From an uncultured Acidobacteriota bacterium (GTDB lineage Bacteria; Acidobacteriota; Thermoanaerobaculia; Gp7-AA8): a stretch of DNA of 64,000 bases. Both the position numbers and the translations under genes were made by a program. Below the pieces are notes generated by a model. That model made no database searches, was not told where the DNA came from, and saw only the letters and a list, made by a program, of their open reading frames with translations. Every line of letters begins with the position of its first letter. Positions within the stretch are counted from its first letter, which is position 1. This document shows, piece by piece, positions 31,143 through 41,367 of the stretch. Location of the stretch: positions 256,001 through 320,000 of the forward strand of contig CAVUKB010000007.1 in assembly GCA_963741955.1 (NCBI GenBank), in the 5' to 3' direction.

Positions 31143-34100
31143 CTACGGGCGGGCGTCTTCGAGCTGCTTGATCCGGGAGACGATGTCGCGGTAGTTGCTG
31201 TTCATGCCGTAGACCTCGAGAAATGCCTTGTGGGCGTTCTCCGTGTCTCCGACTTCCAGATACGCGGAGCCGAGGTCGTAAAGGAGTCCGAGATGTTCTT
31301 CCTCGGTGATCTCCGGAACCTCGAGCCCCTTGGTGTACCACTTGATCGCCAGCTGCGGCATTCCCTTTTCGAGGAAACAGAGGCCGAGCATCGAGCAGCA
31401 TTCGATGGTGCGCTTCGGATCCTTCGACGCGAGCTGGAACTCTCCGATGGCCTCGTCGATCAGCCCCATCTCCTTGTAGGCGATCCCGAGATTGTAGTGT
31501 GTGTCGTAGTCCTCGCTGTCGAGCTGCTGTTCGACACCCTTCTTGAACTCCTTGAAGATCTCCTCGAGTGACTGCTCCTCTTCCGAAAGGGCCGCCATCT
31601 CCGAGTTTTCTTCATCCAGCTCCTGTTCCAGTTCGGCGGCGAGATCGAAAAAGTCCTCTTCTTCCGCGAAGAGTCCTTCTTCTTCCGCTGCCTCGGCTCG
31701 AGCTGCAGGCGTTTCCTTTGGAGGGGAAGGCGGTAACGGCTCCACCTCTTCCTCCTCATCGGGAATGGCAGAGAGGAGCTCCGTCTCGATGTCGGCAGCG
31801 GAGAGGCCGGAGGGCGTCCCCCCCTTCGGCGGCTGAAACGCCGCTGCATCGAGTCTTTCGCTGCGCGATGTCAGTTCAGGATGATCGGGGTACTTCTCCA
31901 GGAGCGAATCGAGCTTCCGTCTTGCCTCGTCGAACAGCTCCTGCTCGATGTAGAAGTCGATCTCGCCGAGCTCCTCGACGGGTGGTTCACCCGTATCCGT
32001 TTCCATGAAGGCGAGCGAATCTTCGACTCCTGCAGCGTCCGGTTCTTCGAGAGTCGACTCTTCGTCGACGGGGAACTCCTCGTCAGAGACCTCCGCCGCG
32101 GAGGGAAACTCCAGGGATTCGCCTTCGAGCGTTTCCGGTTCGAACGCAGGCTCTTCGAGCGGTGAAGCTTCCTGTTCGAATGCGATCCCCTCGTCGCCGC
32201 CGGTGGGAAACTCGAAAGCAGGACTTTCGTCGGAAAGGGCGGGCTCTGCGGCGAGCTCCTCCGGCTCTTCGAGCTCCTCGATGGGTTCGATCGGTTCGAT
32301 GGGTTCTTCGATCGGTTCTGACGTCTCGGCGACTTCGTCGGCCGGCTCGGGGAGCTCGACGTCGAACTCGATCTCACTCCCGGGAATCTCGTCGAGCGAG
32401 ATCTCCGGAACGAGATCCTCTTCGGGGACTGGTTCGACCGAAGCGGGAGTGATCGGGATGTCGTCGAACGAGAGCGCATCGAGGTCGAATTCGACTTCTT
32501 CCGGTTTCTCTTCTTCCGCCTCTTCCGGAAGCTCGATCTCGCTCTCGATCGTCAGTTCTTCTTCGGGAGCGGGAGAGACGGCGTCCACCTCTTCGGGTTC
32601 CGACACTTTCTTCGGAGCTGCCGACGTCCGGCCGAGAGCCGCGGCGTCTCCGAAGCCGCGATTGGAGAGCTCGTGCTGCATCGTGCCGATCGCGTCGGTG
32701 TCGCCCGCCTGACGAAGGACCTCGAAATACGAGCGCGCCGTTTCACTGACCTTCGTCGGGTCGCCGTCGTCCATGTGAATGCGAAGAAGCTTCTCGAGCG
32801 CAGGGGCGTACGACGGGACACGGTCGATGATCATGCGGAGGTGCTCGACCGCTTTTTCAGACAGCCCGTACTTTGCGAAGACCTCGGCCTCGGTGATGTG
32901 CTCGGTGATGAAGTCGAGATCCTCGTCGACCTCTGCGGGTTCGGCAGAAGCAGACGGGGAGGTGGGACGAGAAGGCGGTGGTTCAGGGGTGACCGAGTCG
33001 AGATCGAGATCGAGCGCCGGCGTTTCGTCCAGGTCGAGTGAAAGCTCCGGACTTTCCATCATGGAGGGGCGCTGCTCGACTGGCGCGGGTGCCGGCTGTT
33101 CGACGGTTCTCGGACGCGGCGCCGCAGGGCGCGCCGGTTCGGGAGCGCCGCCGATCTGCTGACGCACGAACGCGAGTTTTTCCTGATGCTGGGCATTCTC
33201 CGGTTCGCGCCCGACCAGATCTTCGAGCACTCTCTCCGCGTCCGAGAAATCCCCACGGGTGATGTGTGCCTCCGCGAGGCTGTTCATCGAAGCGAGGATA
33301 TTGGTCTCTTCATTGAGCTGGCGGTAGACCGAGACCAGTTTCTCGAGAGTCGGAATGTGGACGGAGTCGACTCTGAGGATGCGGTTGAGAATGTCGACGG
33401 CCGACCGGTCGCCTCTCGCGGCCGCCCCGTCCGCGATCGGAAAGATCAGATCTGCGGCGCGATCCGGCTCCTGCCGCTTGAGGTACAGCTCGGCGAGCGG
33501 CTCGCTGATCGAAGCGTCGCCCGGATTCGCCTGGTGTGCCTTCTGGAGAACGGTCTGTGCGGCCTGGAGGTCGCCCTTCGCGAGCTGTGCGCGTCCCAGG
33601 ACCGCGAGGAGTTTCGGGTGATCGCGATTCTTCTCCAGAGCACTCTGGAGGATCTGGATGGCATTGTCGTAGTCGCGCGCCTCGAGGAGTGTGGAGACCA
33701 GCGACTCGACCAGATCGGTGTTCGACGGGTCGATCTTCAGCGCCTTCTTGAAGACCTGGACCGCTTCGTCGATCATTCCGCGTTTGAGAAGGATCTTGCC
33801 GAGCCGGTCGTATTCCTTCAGCGCTTCAGCGGTCTGACCGTTCTGCGAATAGAGGTCGGCGAGCTTGACGTGAACGTTCACCGAGTTCGGGTCGAGCTCG
33901 GAGATCTTCCGGTACGTGCCGAGTGCGCCCGCGGTGTCGCCGTGTTTGAGATGGTAGTCGGCGAGGACCTGGTACTGGCTCTTGGCCTCCATCGCCAGCC
34001 CCTGCTTGGCGTAGAGGTCGGCGAGTTTCCCGTAGACGTCGAGGCGCGAAGGGTCGAGCTTGTTGATCTTCTTGTAGATCGCGATGGCCTTGAGGAAGAA

Positions 34101-34319
34101 GCCATCCCGGGAGTAATGGTCGGCAATCCGCGCGAAGACGTTGACCGCCTCGTCATTGCGGTTGATCCGGACCCAGAGGTCGCCGATCCGGTTCAGCGTG
34201 TTGACGTCATTCGGGTTCTCGTCGAGCAGGCGCTCGTACTCGCGAATCGCCGCTTCGACTTTGCCCTTCGCCACCAGCTTCTCGGCATTGGCAATGACTT
34301 TGTCCCTTTGAGCTGCCAT
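31143..34319 (-). CDS. large TPR protein with acidic linker (SgmX-like architecture)
   Basis: N-terminal TPR array, long Glu/Pro-rich region, C-terminal DYDTHYNLGIAYKEMGLIDEAI TPRs. Confidence 0.85.
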   Translation of the reverse strand: MAAQRDKVIANAEKLVAKGKVEAAIREYERLLDENPNDVNTLNRIGDLWVRINRNDEAVNVFARIADHYSRDGFFLKAIAIYKKINKLDPSRLDVYGKLADLYAKQGLAMEAKSQYQVLADYHLKHGDTAGALGTYRKISELDPNSVNVHVKLADLYSQNGQTAEALKEYDRLGKILLKRGMIDEAVQVFKKALKIDPSNTDLVESLVSTLLEARDYDNAIQILQSALEKNRDHPKLLAVLGRAQLAKGDLQAAQTVLQKAHQANPGDASISEPLAELYLKRQEPDRAADLIFPIADGAAARGDRSAVDILNRILRVDSVHIPTLEKLVSVYRQLNEETNILASMNSLAEAHITRGDFSDAERVLEDLVGREPENAQHQEKLAFVRQQIGGAPEPARPAAPRPRTVEQPAPAPVEQRPSMMESPELSLDLDETPALDLDLDSVTPEPPPSRPTSPSASAEPAEVDEDLDFITEHITEAEVFAKYGLSEKAVEHLRMIIDRVPSYAPALEKLLRIHMDDGDPTKVSETARSYFEVLRQAGDTDAIGTMQHELSNRGFGDAAALGRTSAAPKKVSEPEEVDAVSPAPEEELTIESEIELPEEAEEEKPEEVEFDLDALSFDDIPITPASVEPVPEEDLVPEISLDEIPGSEIEFDVELPEPADEVAETSEPIEEPIEPIEPIEELEEPEELAAEPALSDESPAFEFPTGGDEGIAFEQEASPLEEPAFEPETLEGESLEFPSAAEVSDEEFPVDEESTLEEPDAAGVEDSLAFMETDTGEPPVEELGEIDFYIEQELFDEARRKLDSLLEKYPDHPELTSRSERLDAAAFQPPKGGTPSGLSAADIETELLSAIPDEEEEVEPLPPSPPKETPAARAEAAEEEGLFAEEEDFFDLAAELEQELDEENSEMAALSEEEQSLEEIFKEFKKGVEQQLDSEDYDTHYNLGIAYKEMGLIDEAIGEFQLASKDPKRTIECCSMLGLCFLEKGMPQLAIKWYTKGLEVPEITEEEHLGLLYDLGSAYLEVGDTENAHKAFLEVYGMNSNYRDIVSRIKQLEDARP

Positions 34320-34329
34320 TGTCCTCGCT

Positions 34330-34938
34330 TCAATCGAACAGAGAAGATGAATCGGGAGACTTCGTGAACGTACGTCGGTGGATAGGCGTCAGGCCATGAC
34401 GCCGGATCGCCTCCATGTGCGTCTCCGTCCCATACCCCCGGTTGTTGATGAAATCATACTGCGGGTAAAGTCCATGATACGACTCCATGAGGAGGTCGCG
34501 ATAGACCTTCGCCACGATCGAAGCGGCCGCGATCGAAACGCTCCGGCGGTCTCCATGGATCAACGGAAGCTGGGGCATGTGGAGAGTTTCGATGAAGACG
34601 GCATCGAGAAGCAACATCTCGGGGCGGCGGGTGAGGTTCTCCACCGCCTGACGCATCGCGAGTTTGCTCGCCTGGAGAATGTTCCAGCGGTCGATTGCTT
34701 CGGGTTCGACGACGCCGACGGCGGCCGCGCGTGCGCGGCCGAGGATCAATCGGCAGAGTGTCGCCCGGTCCGCCGGCGTCAGTTGCTTCGAGTCGTGAAC
34801 TCCGAGGACTGCGGCCTCGGGGTCGAGTATGACGGCAGCCGCGACGACCGGACCTGCGAGGCAGCCGCGACCGACTTCGTCCGTTCCTGCAATGAGGCGG
34901 AATCCGCGGAAACGCAACTCACGCTCCACGGATCCCAT
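34330..34938 (-). CDS. rnhB: ribonuclease HII
   Basis: AGTDEVGRGCLAGPVVAAA, DSKQL, SIAAASIVAKV, GYGT, HRRTF; start approximate. Confidence 0.95.
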   Translation of the reverse strand: MGSVERELRFRGFRLIAGTDEVGRGCLAGPVVAAAVILDPEAAVLGVHDSKQLTPADRATLCRLILGRARAAAVGVVEPEAIDRWNILQASKLAMRQAVENLTRRPEMLLLDAVFIETLHMPQLPLIHGDRRSVSIAAASIVAKVYRDLLMESYHGLYPQYDFINNRGYGTETHMEAIRRHGLTPIHRRTFTKSPDSSSLFD

Positions 34939-35008
34939 TTCGGCCAGGCGAGCCAGCTCGCTCAGGAGCGAGCCGTGCAGGCCGGCCGCAACGCGATTGT
35001 TCGCACTC

Positions 35009-35359
35009 TTACCGCGGGCGCCGCTCTTCGATCCTCGCTGCCTTCCCCCGGAGCGCGCGGAGGTAGTAGAGCTTCGCTCTCCGAACCCGACCATGCCGTT
35101 CCACCTCGATCCGATCAATCGTCGGCGAGTAGAGGGGAAACATCCGCTCGACCCCGACGCCTCCGGAGACCTTGCGGACGGTGAACATCTCCCGCGACCC
35201 GCCGCCGCGGCGCGAGATCACCACGCCCTGGAAGATCTGGATGCGCTCTTTCTCGCCTTCTCTGACCTTGACGTGAACCTTGATAGTGTCCCCGGGAGCG
35301 AATTGCGGGATCGACTTGTTCGTCTCTGCCGATTCGACCAATTTCATGATGTCAGCCAT
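35009..35359 (-). CDS. rplS: 50S ribosomal protein L19
   Basis: [43 protein letters not shown]. Confidence 0.98.
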   Translation of the reverse strand: MADIMKLVESAETNKSIPQFAPGDTIKVHVKVREGEKERIQIFQGVVISRRGGGSREMFTVRKVSGGVGVERMFPLYSPTIDRIEVERHGRVRRAKLYYLRALRGKAARIEERRPR

Positions 35360-35433
35360 GTTGACTACCTTCCTCGAAGTATTGCAGGAAACAGCGCAGA
35401 AGTTTCCTAGGATCGCTTATTTTGCAGTTCGAA

Positions 35434-36888
35434 TCAACGTCCGGGATCAGTGTCCGACTCCGGCTTTCCCTTTTCCTGGCGGATCTTCTCGAGCATCTCC
35501 CGCGCTTCTTCGTCCAGATCCGCCGTTTCGAGCAGATCCGGACGCTTCCGAAGAGTCGCCCGGAGCGCCTCTTCTTTTCGCCAGATTCGGATCTTTTCGA
35601 AGTGTCCGGAGAGGAGGACCTCGGGAACCGACCTCCCGCGCCACTCGGATGGCCGCGTATAGTGCGGGTGGTCGAGCAGCCCGTTATAAAACGAATCGGC
35701 CTCGACCGAATTCCTGTCTCCCACCACTCCTTCGATCATTCTTCCCGTGGCGTCGAGAACGAGCATCGCCGGGAGCTCACCCCCCGAGACGACGAAGTCA
35801 CCGACCGAGATCTCTTCGTCGACCAGTTCCTCCAGGACCCGCTCGTCGATCCCTTCGTACCGCCCACAGAGGAGGACCACCCATCCATGGCCGGCGAGGC
35901 GGGCCGCATCTTCCTGCCGGAAGAGCTTTCCCTGCGGAGAGAGCATCACTACGTGGGGGGCCTGGTTCGGAGGACCGGCCTCACGGATCGATTCGATGGA
36001 ACGGTAGATCGGCTCCGCGAGCATCACCATTCCCGCTCCGCCGCCATACGCTTCGTCGTCCGTGCTCCGGTGCCGGTCGGTCGTCGAGTCGCGCAGGTCG
36101 TGCACCTCGACCCGGAGGAGTCCCTGCCGGATCCCACGGCTGATGACACCCTCGGCGAGGAAAGAGTCGAACATCCGTGGGAAGATCGTGATCACGTCGA
36201 CACGCAGCGCAGTTTCGACTCCGGTCGGGGCAGACGGCTCCGTCTCCGATGTCGTACGGGCTCCGGCACTCTCTCCCGTGTAGCCGTCCAGGCGCTCCTC
36301 GACCTTCCCATCCTCATCACTCTCGGGTCGGTCGAGATCCTCGAGCCCTTCCGGGAGGTCGACTTCGATGAAACCCTCCTCCGGAGCGATGCGGGTGCAG
36401 ATCGCGGAGACGAACGGGATCTCGAGCGGCCTCCGGCCGGGGCGCCCGACCTGGAGTAGGATTCCGCCCCCTCCCTCCGTGGTGGCGGAGACGCTGCCGA
36501 GCACGGTTCCTTCGGAATCGCGCACCTCGAGCCCTTCGAGATCGTGAAGGAAGTACTCGCCCGGATCGAGCGGGCGCGCTTCTTCTTCGGGGATCTCGAC
36601 ACTCCAGTCGCGAAGCTCGCGGAGCTGCTCGGGCGAATCGATTCCCTCGAAGTGGACCAGCTCGCGATCTCCGTGAGGACGGGACGATGCGATCGATGCG
36701 GCGCGGAGGAGGTCCCGGTCGGGGGAAACGAGGAAAACCCGGCCGAGCTCACGGAACCGATCGGGTGAGTCGGTGAGAGGCTCGACGCTCGCTTCTCCGC
36801 GGACGCCGTGCGCGCGGCGGATCACTCCGAGCGCGATGAGCTCATCGGGATTCGGCAGGGACGGTGACTCACTCCGGCGTCGAGGCAT
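35434..36888 (-). CDS. trmD: fused ribosome maturation factor RimM + tRNA m1G37 methyltransferase TrmD
   Basis: N-terminal RAHGVRGE...EYFLHDLEGL...IPFV (RimM), about 40-aa acidic linker, then VITIFP, DDEAYGGGAGM, CGRYEGIDER, GDFVVSGGE (TrmD), all in one frame. Confidence 0.9.
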   Translation of the reverse strand: MPRRRSESPSLPNPDELIALGVIRRAHGVRGEASVEPLTDSPDRFRELGRVFLVSPDRDLLRAASIASSRPHGDRELVHFEGIDSPEQLRELRDWSVEIPEEEARPLDPGEYFLHDLEGLEVRDSEGTVLGSVSATTEGGGGILLQVGRPGRRPLEIPFVSAICTRIAPEEGFIEVDLPEGLEDLDRPESDEDGKVEERLDGYTGESAGARTTSETEPSAPTGVETALRVDVITIFPRMFDSFLAEGVISRGIRQGLLRVEVHDLRDSTTDRHRSTDDEAYGGGAGMVMLAEPIYRSIESIREAGPPNQAPHVVMLSPQGKLFRQEDAARLAGHGWVVLLCGRYEGIDERVLEELVDEEISVGDFVVSGGELPAMLVLDATGRMIEGVVGDRNSVEADSFYNGLLDHPHYTRPSEWRGRSVPEVLLSGHFEKIRIWRKEEALRATLRKRPDLLETADLDEEAREMLEKIRQEKGKPESDTDPGR

Positions 36889-36906
36889 GACAGGACTCCG
36901 GGAGGA

Positions 36907-37137
36907 TCAGTCGATGATTTCGAGCTGAAAGCGGCGGCCTTCGCGGGATCCGGCCGCGGAGAGGACGTTTCGAATCGCGCGGGCGGTGCGCCCCTGCCGT
37001 CCGATCACCTTACCCAGATCGTCGGCAGCGACGCGCAGCTCGAAGATCGTCGTCTGGCCCCGCTGGACCTCGTCGATCTCCACCTGGTCGGGATGGTCGA
37101 CCAGGGACCGCGCGATGAACTCCACCAACTGCTTCAT
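36907..37137 (-). CDS. khpA: KH-domain RNA-binding protein KhpA
   Basis: LVDHPD, DLGKVIGRQGRTARAIR; position between rpsP and rimM. Confidence 0.93.
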   Translation of the reverse strand: MKQLVEFIARSLVDHPDQVEIDEVQRGQTTIFELRVAADDLGKVIGRQGRTARAIRNVLSAAGSREGRRFQLEIID

Positions 37138-37143
37138 CGAGCG

Positions 37144-37374
37144 TCAGACCTTCTTGACGATCGACCGAACCGTGTCGGAAAGTTTTGCGCCCTTGTTCAC
37201 CCAGTAGTTGAGCCGATCCTTGTCGAGCTCGATCACTGCGGGGTTCTTCTTCGGGTCGTAGTAGCCGATCTGCTCCACGGTCGCGGCACTCGGGGTCCGC
37301 TGGGAATCCGAGACCACGATCCGGTAGAACGGCGAGTGCGTTGCGCCTTGCCGGCGCAAGCGGATCTTCAACAT
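37144..37374 (-). CDS. rpsP: 30S ribosomal protein S16
   Basis: MLKIRLRRQG...PFYRIVVSDS...GYYDP; AAGGAG RBS. Confidence 0.97.
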   Translation of the reverse strand: MLKIRLRRQGATHSPFYRIVVSDSQRTPSAATVEQIGYYDPKKNPAVIELDKDRLNYWVNKGAKLSDTVRSIVKKV

Positions 37375-37451
37375 CGAGAGCTCCTTCTTTCGGACTTCAA
37401 ATTCGTCGGCGAGAGTACTGCGACTCCGCAATTTCGCAATTAACCCCGGCC

Positions 37452-38801
37452 CTAACGCAACAATTCCGGGGGGATATTCTTCGTCATCCGGGCGAACTTC
37501 CGGGGTCCCAGTCCCTTGGAGAACGTCTTCATCATCTTCTTCATTGCAAGATACTGCTTGAGCAGCACGTTCACCTGCTGCACCGTGGTGCCGGCTCCCC
37601 GGGCGATCCGCTTCTTGCGCGATCCATTCAGGAGCTGTGGGTACTCCCTCTCCCTGGCCGTCATGGAGCTGAGGATCGCCTCCATCCGGACGATGGCCTT
37701 CTCGTCGACGTCACCTTCGTTCATCTTGTTCAAGCCGCCGACGTTCGGAAGCATCCCCACCAGCTGGGAGAGAGGGCCCATCTTCCGGAGCTGCTGGAGC
37801 TGCATCCGGAGATCCTCGAGGGTGAACTTGTCCTTCGCAATCCGCCTGGCGAGCCGCTCGGCGTCTTTCTGATCGACTTCGGATTCGACCTTTTCGATCA
37901 GCGAGAGCATGTCACCCATCCCGAGAATTCGGGTGGCGACGCGGTCGGGATAGTAGAGGTCCAGATCGACGTACTTTTCACCGACACCGACGAGCTTGAT
38001 GGGCCGGTGGACGACCGACTTGATCGAGAGCGCGGCGCCTCCGCGGGCGTCGCCATCCATCTTGGTGAGGACGATTCCGGTCACGCCGAGCCGGTCGTCG
38101 AACTCTTTGGCCGACTTGACCGCGTCCTGTCCGGTCATCGCGTCGGCCACGAAGAGGATCTCCGACGGCTGGACCTGATCGCGGATCGACTGGAGCTCCT
38201 GCATCAGCTCCTCGTCGATGTGGAGACGTCCCGCGGTGTCGAGGATCACCGTGTCGTAGAGGAGCGTCCGAGCTTCCTTGATGGCGTCGGTCGCGATGCG
38301 CAAAGGATCGCGGTTCTCGCCGATCTCGAAGAACGGAGTCCTGGTGTCCTGCGCGACGATCCGGAGCTGGTCGATCGCTGCGGGGCGGTAGACGTCACAG
38401 GGGACGAGCAGTGGCCGCCGGCCGCGATTCTTCAGATGCAGAGCGAGCTTGCCCGACGTGGTCGTCTTGCCCGAGCCCTGAAGGCCGGCCATCATCACCA
38501 CGGCGGGTGTCCCGACCAGCGCAAGGCCCACCTGCTCCCCGCCGAGGAGCTCCTGGAGCTCGTCCCGGACGATCTTGAGGACCTGCTGGGAGGGAGAGAA
38601 CGCGGTCAGGACTTCCTGTCCGACTGCCTTTTCCCGCACTCTTCCGGTGAATTCCTTGACGACCTTGAAATGGACATCCGCCTCGAGGAGAGCCACGCGG
38701 ATCTCCTTGAGGGCATTGTCGATGTGCCATTCGTTGAGGACCGCCTCCCCCCGAAGGGTCTTGAAGGTACGGTCCATCCGTTCCTGTAGGTTTTCGAACA
38801 T
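37452..38801 (-). CDS. ffh: signal recognition particle protein Ffh
   Basis: MFENL, ALLEADV, GLQGSGKTT, DTAGR, TKMDGDARGG, M-domain SRKKRIARGAG. Confidence 0.98.
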   Translation of the reverse strand: MFENLQERMDRTFKTLRGEAVLNEWHIDNALKEIRVALLEADVHFKVVKEFTGRVREKAVGQEVLTAFSPSQQVLKIVRDELQELLGGEQVGLALVGTPAVVMMAGLQGSGKTTTSGKLALHLKNRGRRPLLVPCDVYRPAAIDQLRIVAQDTRTPFFEIGENRDPLRIATDAIKEARTLLYDTVILDTAGRLHIDEELMQELQSIRDQVQPSEILFVADAMTGQDAVKSAKEFDDRLGVTGIVLTKMDGDARGGAALSIKSVVHRPIKLVGVGEKYVDLDLYYPDRVATRILGMGDMLSLIEKVESEVDQKDAERLARRIAKDKFTLEDLRMQLQQLRKMGPLSQLVGMLPNVGGLNKMNEGDVDEKAIVRMEAILSSMTAREREYPQLLNGSRKKRIARGAGTTVQQVNVLLKQYLAMKKMMKTFSKGLGPRKFARMTKNIPPELLR

Positions 38802-38963
38802 CGTCAGAGGAAAACGCCGGGGAGGCGAAAATAATCCGCCGATACGCGCAGGAGTCTGCGCGGACTTCTGGGCGGGCGCGGTAGTGTACGGGATGGAGGA
38901 ACGCGCGGTCAACGAGACGGCGGATACGATGCACGACCCCGCTGTCTCATCCCGTTCGCAGCC

Positions 38964-39548
38964 TTACTGCAGCAGTTCGACTTCCCAGTACGCCTCGTCG
39001 AGGAAATTCTTCCACGTCTCGGGGAGATGCCTCCCGGTGAGCTGCCGCAGCGGGTGCCAGCGCGGCTTCTCCGGTCGTTTGATCGGCTGAAGTCCGCACT
39101 CCGAAGGGAGTTTGTTCCCTTTTCGGACATTGCAGGGGAGGCACGCGCAGACCACGTTGTCCCACGTCGACTTCCCGCCGCGGGAGATCGGGACCACGTG
39201 GTCGAGAGAGAGCTCGGATGACGAAAAGCGCTTCCCGCAATACTGGCAGCGGTTTCCGTCCCGGAGGTAGATGTTTCCGCGGGAGAATTTCACTTCCTGG
39301 CGAGGCATCCGGTCGAAAGTGAGGAGCTGGATCACCTCGGGGACGACGATCTGCCGGGTCGGAGTGGTGACGTGCTGATGGTACGGCTGAGCGGGGATAT
39401 CCTGCCAGTTTTCGAAGTCGTACGTGGTGTAGTCGGGAGCGACCGCCCGCACGTGACCGGTGTAGAGAAGGGTCAGAGCCCGCCGGACAGAAGTGATCTG
39501 AATGGCCTGAAAAACGCGGTTCAGAACGAGTACGTGTCCGTCGAGCAT
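38964..39548 (-). CDS. HNH endonuclease (McrA-like, VLVLN N-terminus)
   Basis: RDGNRCQYCG...DHVVPISRGGKSTWDNVVCACLPCNVRKG. Confidence 0.92.
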   Translation of the reverse strand: MLDGHVLVLNRVFQAIQITSVRRALTLLYTGHVRAVAPDYTTYDFENWQDIPAQPYHQHVTTPTRQIVVPEVIQLLTFDRMPRQEVKFSRGNIYLRDGNRCQYCGKRFSSSELSLDHVVPISRGGKSTWDNVVCACLPCNVRKGNKLPSECGLQPIKRPEKPRWHPLRQLTGRHLPETWKNFLDEAYWEVELLQ

Positions 39549-39853
39549 TGCACTTCCCTCAACACTCGACAGTGGCGACTCTGTTCCGAATGCCACCTGC
39601 TGCTGTTCTCAGCATGTCCAATGATAGCATCCCCCGGACGGGCCCGTCATGGGCCAATTGGTGCCAAGCACTTGAAAAAGCGGACGTTTTGGGCGATATT
39701 CTCAGTCTGGCTAATCAGGGATGAGTCGACGTGAGTCTCTGAACCCGGAGCGAGGACTCACTTTTCATGTTGTGTGAGCCGACTCGGGAATCATCAGCGA
39801 GTGCTGGTGATATTCACGAGCGGCGCTGTTCGGGGTGGTTTTGGGAGGAAAAC

Positions 39854-41347
39854 ATGCGCGTGTTCCGGTTGTTCCTGCTCGGTGCCCTTCTCTGCACGGC
39901 TGCGGCCGTACCGATGTTTGCAGATCATCTCGAGCCGAACTGTCCGCTCAGTTACATCGGGGGGACGAGTGCGGCCACGGCTTTCGGCCAATCGCCCCAC
40001 GCCGTGTTCCGTAACGGCTCGATGGTTTACTTCCTCCGCGGGCAGACTCTCACCACGTACTCCACGGACGACGTGGGCGAGATTCAGGTCGCTCGTCAGG
40101 ACTTCATGAGCGATCTCGCGGCGCGCGACCCGGACGGAGGGGTGGCCTTCAACAACGGCTTTCTCTTCGTCAGCAGCGACGCCGGCCTCGAGATTTACGA
40201 TCTCCGGAACGTTCGTGCGGGAGGAGCCCCTCCGGTTCTCGTTTCGCGCACTCCCGGATTGCATTACCGCCGGCTCGCGGTCTCGGGAAATCTTCTGGTC
40301 GGGCTCTACCCGATGACGGATATGCCGTGCCTTCCGCGGATTCCCGGCTCGAATACGAATCCCAACCCCGAGTGCACGAACTCGCTCGACATCTGGAGCA
40401 TCGCGGATATGACCGCGCCGGCTCTGATGTCGCAGATTCCGTCCACGTCGCCGTTCTACGGCTTCAATGACGTCGCGTGGGCCAACGGATATCTCTACGC
40501 CACGGGCGTCGGTGGAACCTGGGCATTCGACCTGAGCGACGCTTCGAAGCCGCGACTGGCCTATGGGAACGGCGTGGCCGGAACGTTCCTCGCCACGAAC
40601 GGAACGAATTTCCTCGCGATCGGGCAGGACAAACAGATCGGAGTTTTCCTCGTCGGACCGGCTTACCAGCTCGGCTACTTCGGTGTGTATCCGCTCCCTG
40701 CCGTCTTCGACCGGAGCAATGACATCGTCTTCCACCCCGAGGCTTACATCGACTCGCAGCGGCTGATCACGATGGTGGACGAGCGGGATCCCGCCACCGG
40801 TGACTCCGCTCGGACGCTCGCATTCGACGTCTTCGACTTTTCGATCCCCATCTGGGAAGGTCGGGAGCACGCGTACTACGAGAACGTCAGTCTGACTCAG
40901 CCCGACGAAAGGAAGTTCGATCCGATCGCGGTCGGCCCGTACGTCTACGTGATCGGTGAGATCAGCGGACTCCAGACCTGGGGTGCATGCGGCACGATGG
41001 CCGGAGCAATCGATTTCCGCAACCTCGGGCAATTCACCTGCGGCGGCTCCGAAGTCCACGGCTGGGTCACCTCGTCGAACAAGATCACGCAGGTCCAGCT
41101 GTATCTCGATTCGACACTTCTCGGCTCGGCTACCCTCGGCAGTGCGCGTCAGGACGTGAGCTCACGGACTCCGGCGACCGCCTGGAATCTCAGCGTGAAC
41201 CTCGACGACACGGCTCAGGGAGTGCACACTCTGCGTGCCGTCGGAACGGACGTGAATGGCAATACGCGCCAGTTTGCGAGTCGCGACGTCTACTTCTACG
41301 GCCCGGGACACAACTGCACCAGCCGGCGTCGTGGAACCAAGCGCTGA
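39854..41347 (+). CDS. secreted protein with LVIVD-like propeller repeats, Ig-like C-terminal domain and Arg-rich tail
   Basis: GGAGG RBS; signal peptide; GLEIYDL / LDIWSI / WAFDLSDASKP repeats; GVHTLRAVGTDVNGN; ends SRRRGTKR. Confidence 0.75.
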   Translation: MRVFRLFLLGALLCTAAAVPMFADHLEPNCPLSYIGGTSAATAFGQSPHAVFRNGSMVYFLRGQTLTTYSTDDVGEIQVARQDFMSDLAARDPDGGVAFNNGFLFVSSDAGLEIYDLRNVRAGGAPPVLVSRTPGLHYRRLAVSGNLLVGLYPMTDMPCLPRIPGSNTNPNPECTNSLDIWSIADMTAPALMSQIPSTSPFYGFNDVAWANGYLYATGVGGTWAFDLSDASKPRLAYGNGVAGTFLATNGTNFLAIGQDKQIGVFLVGPAYQLGYFGVYPLPAVFDRSNDIVFHPEAYIDSQRLITMVDERDPATGDSARTLAFDVFDFSIPIWEGREHAYYENVSLTQPDERKFDPIAVGPYVYVIGEISGLQTWGACGTMAGAIDFRNLGQFTCGGSEVHGWVTSSNKITQVQLYLDSTLLGSATLGSARQDVSSRTPATAWNLSVNLDDTAQGVHTLRAVGTDVNGNTRQFASRDVYFYGPGHNCTSRRRGTKR

Positions 41348-41367
41348 TCCATCTTCATCGAAACGAG

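Noticed and set aside
30541-31194. ORFs with (LEPRASS)n or (EARGSR)n repeats
   Set aside because: They are translations of the heptamer array, open in several frames on both strands, with no RBS.
38964-39548. HNH nuclease as a defence system or homing element
   Set aside because: Stand-alone widespread family; no methylase, intron, repeats or guide-like array beside it.
39650-39765. sigma54 promoter (TGGCAC) and a riboswitch in the divergent intergenic region
   Set aside because: GG-to-GC spacing is off by one; a GTGAGTC/GACTCAC-TTTT hairpin is present but I recognise no aptamer motif.
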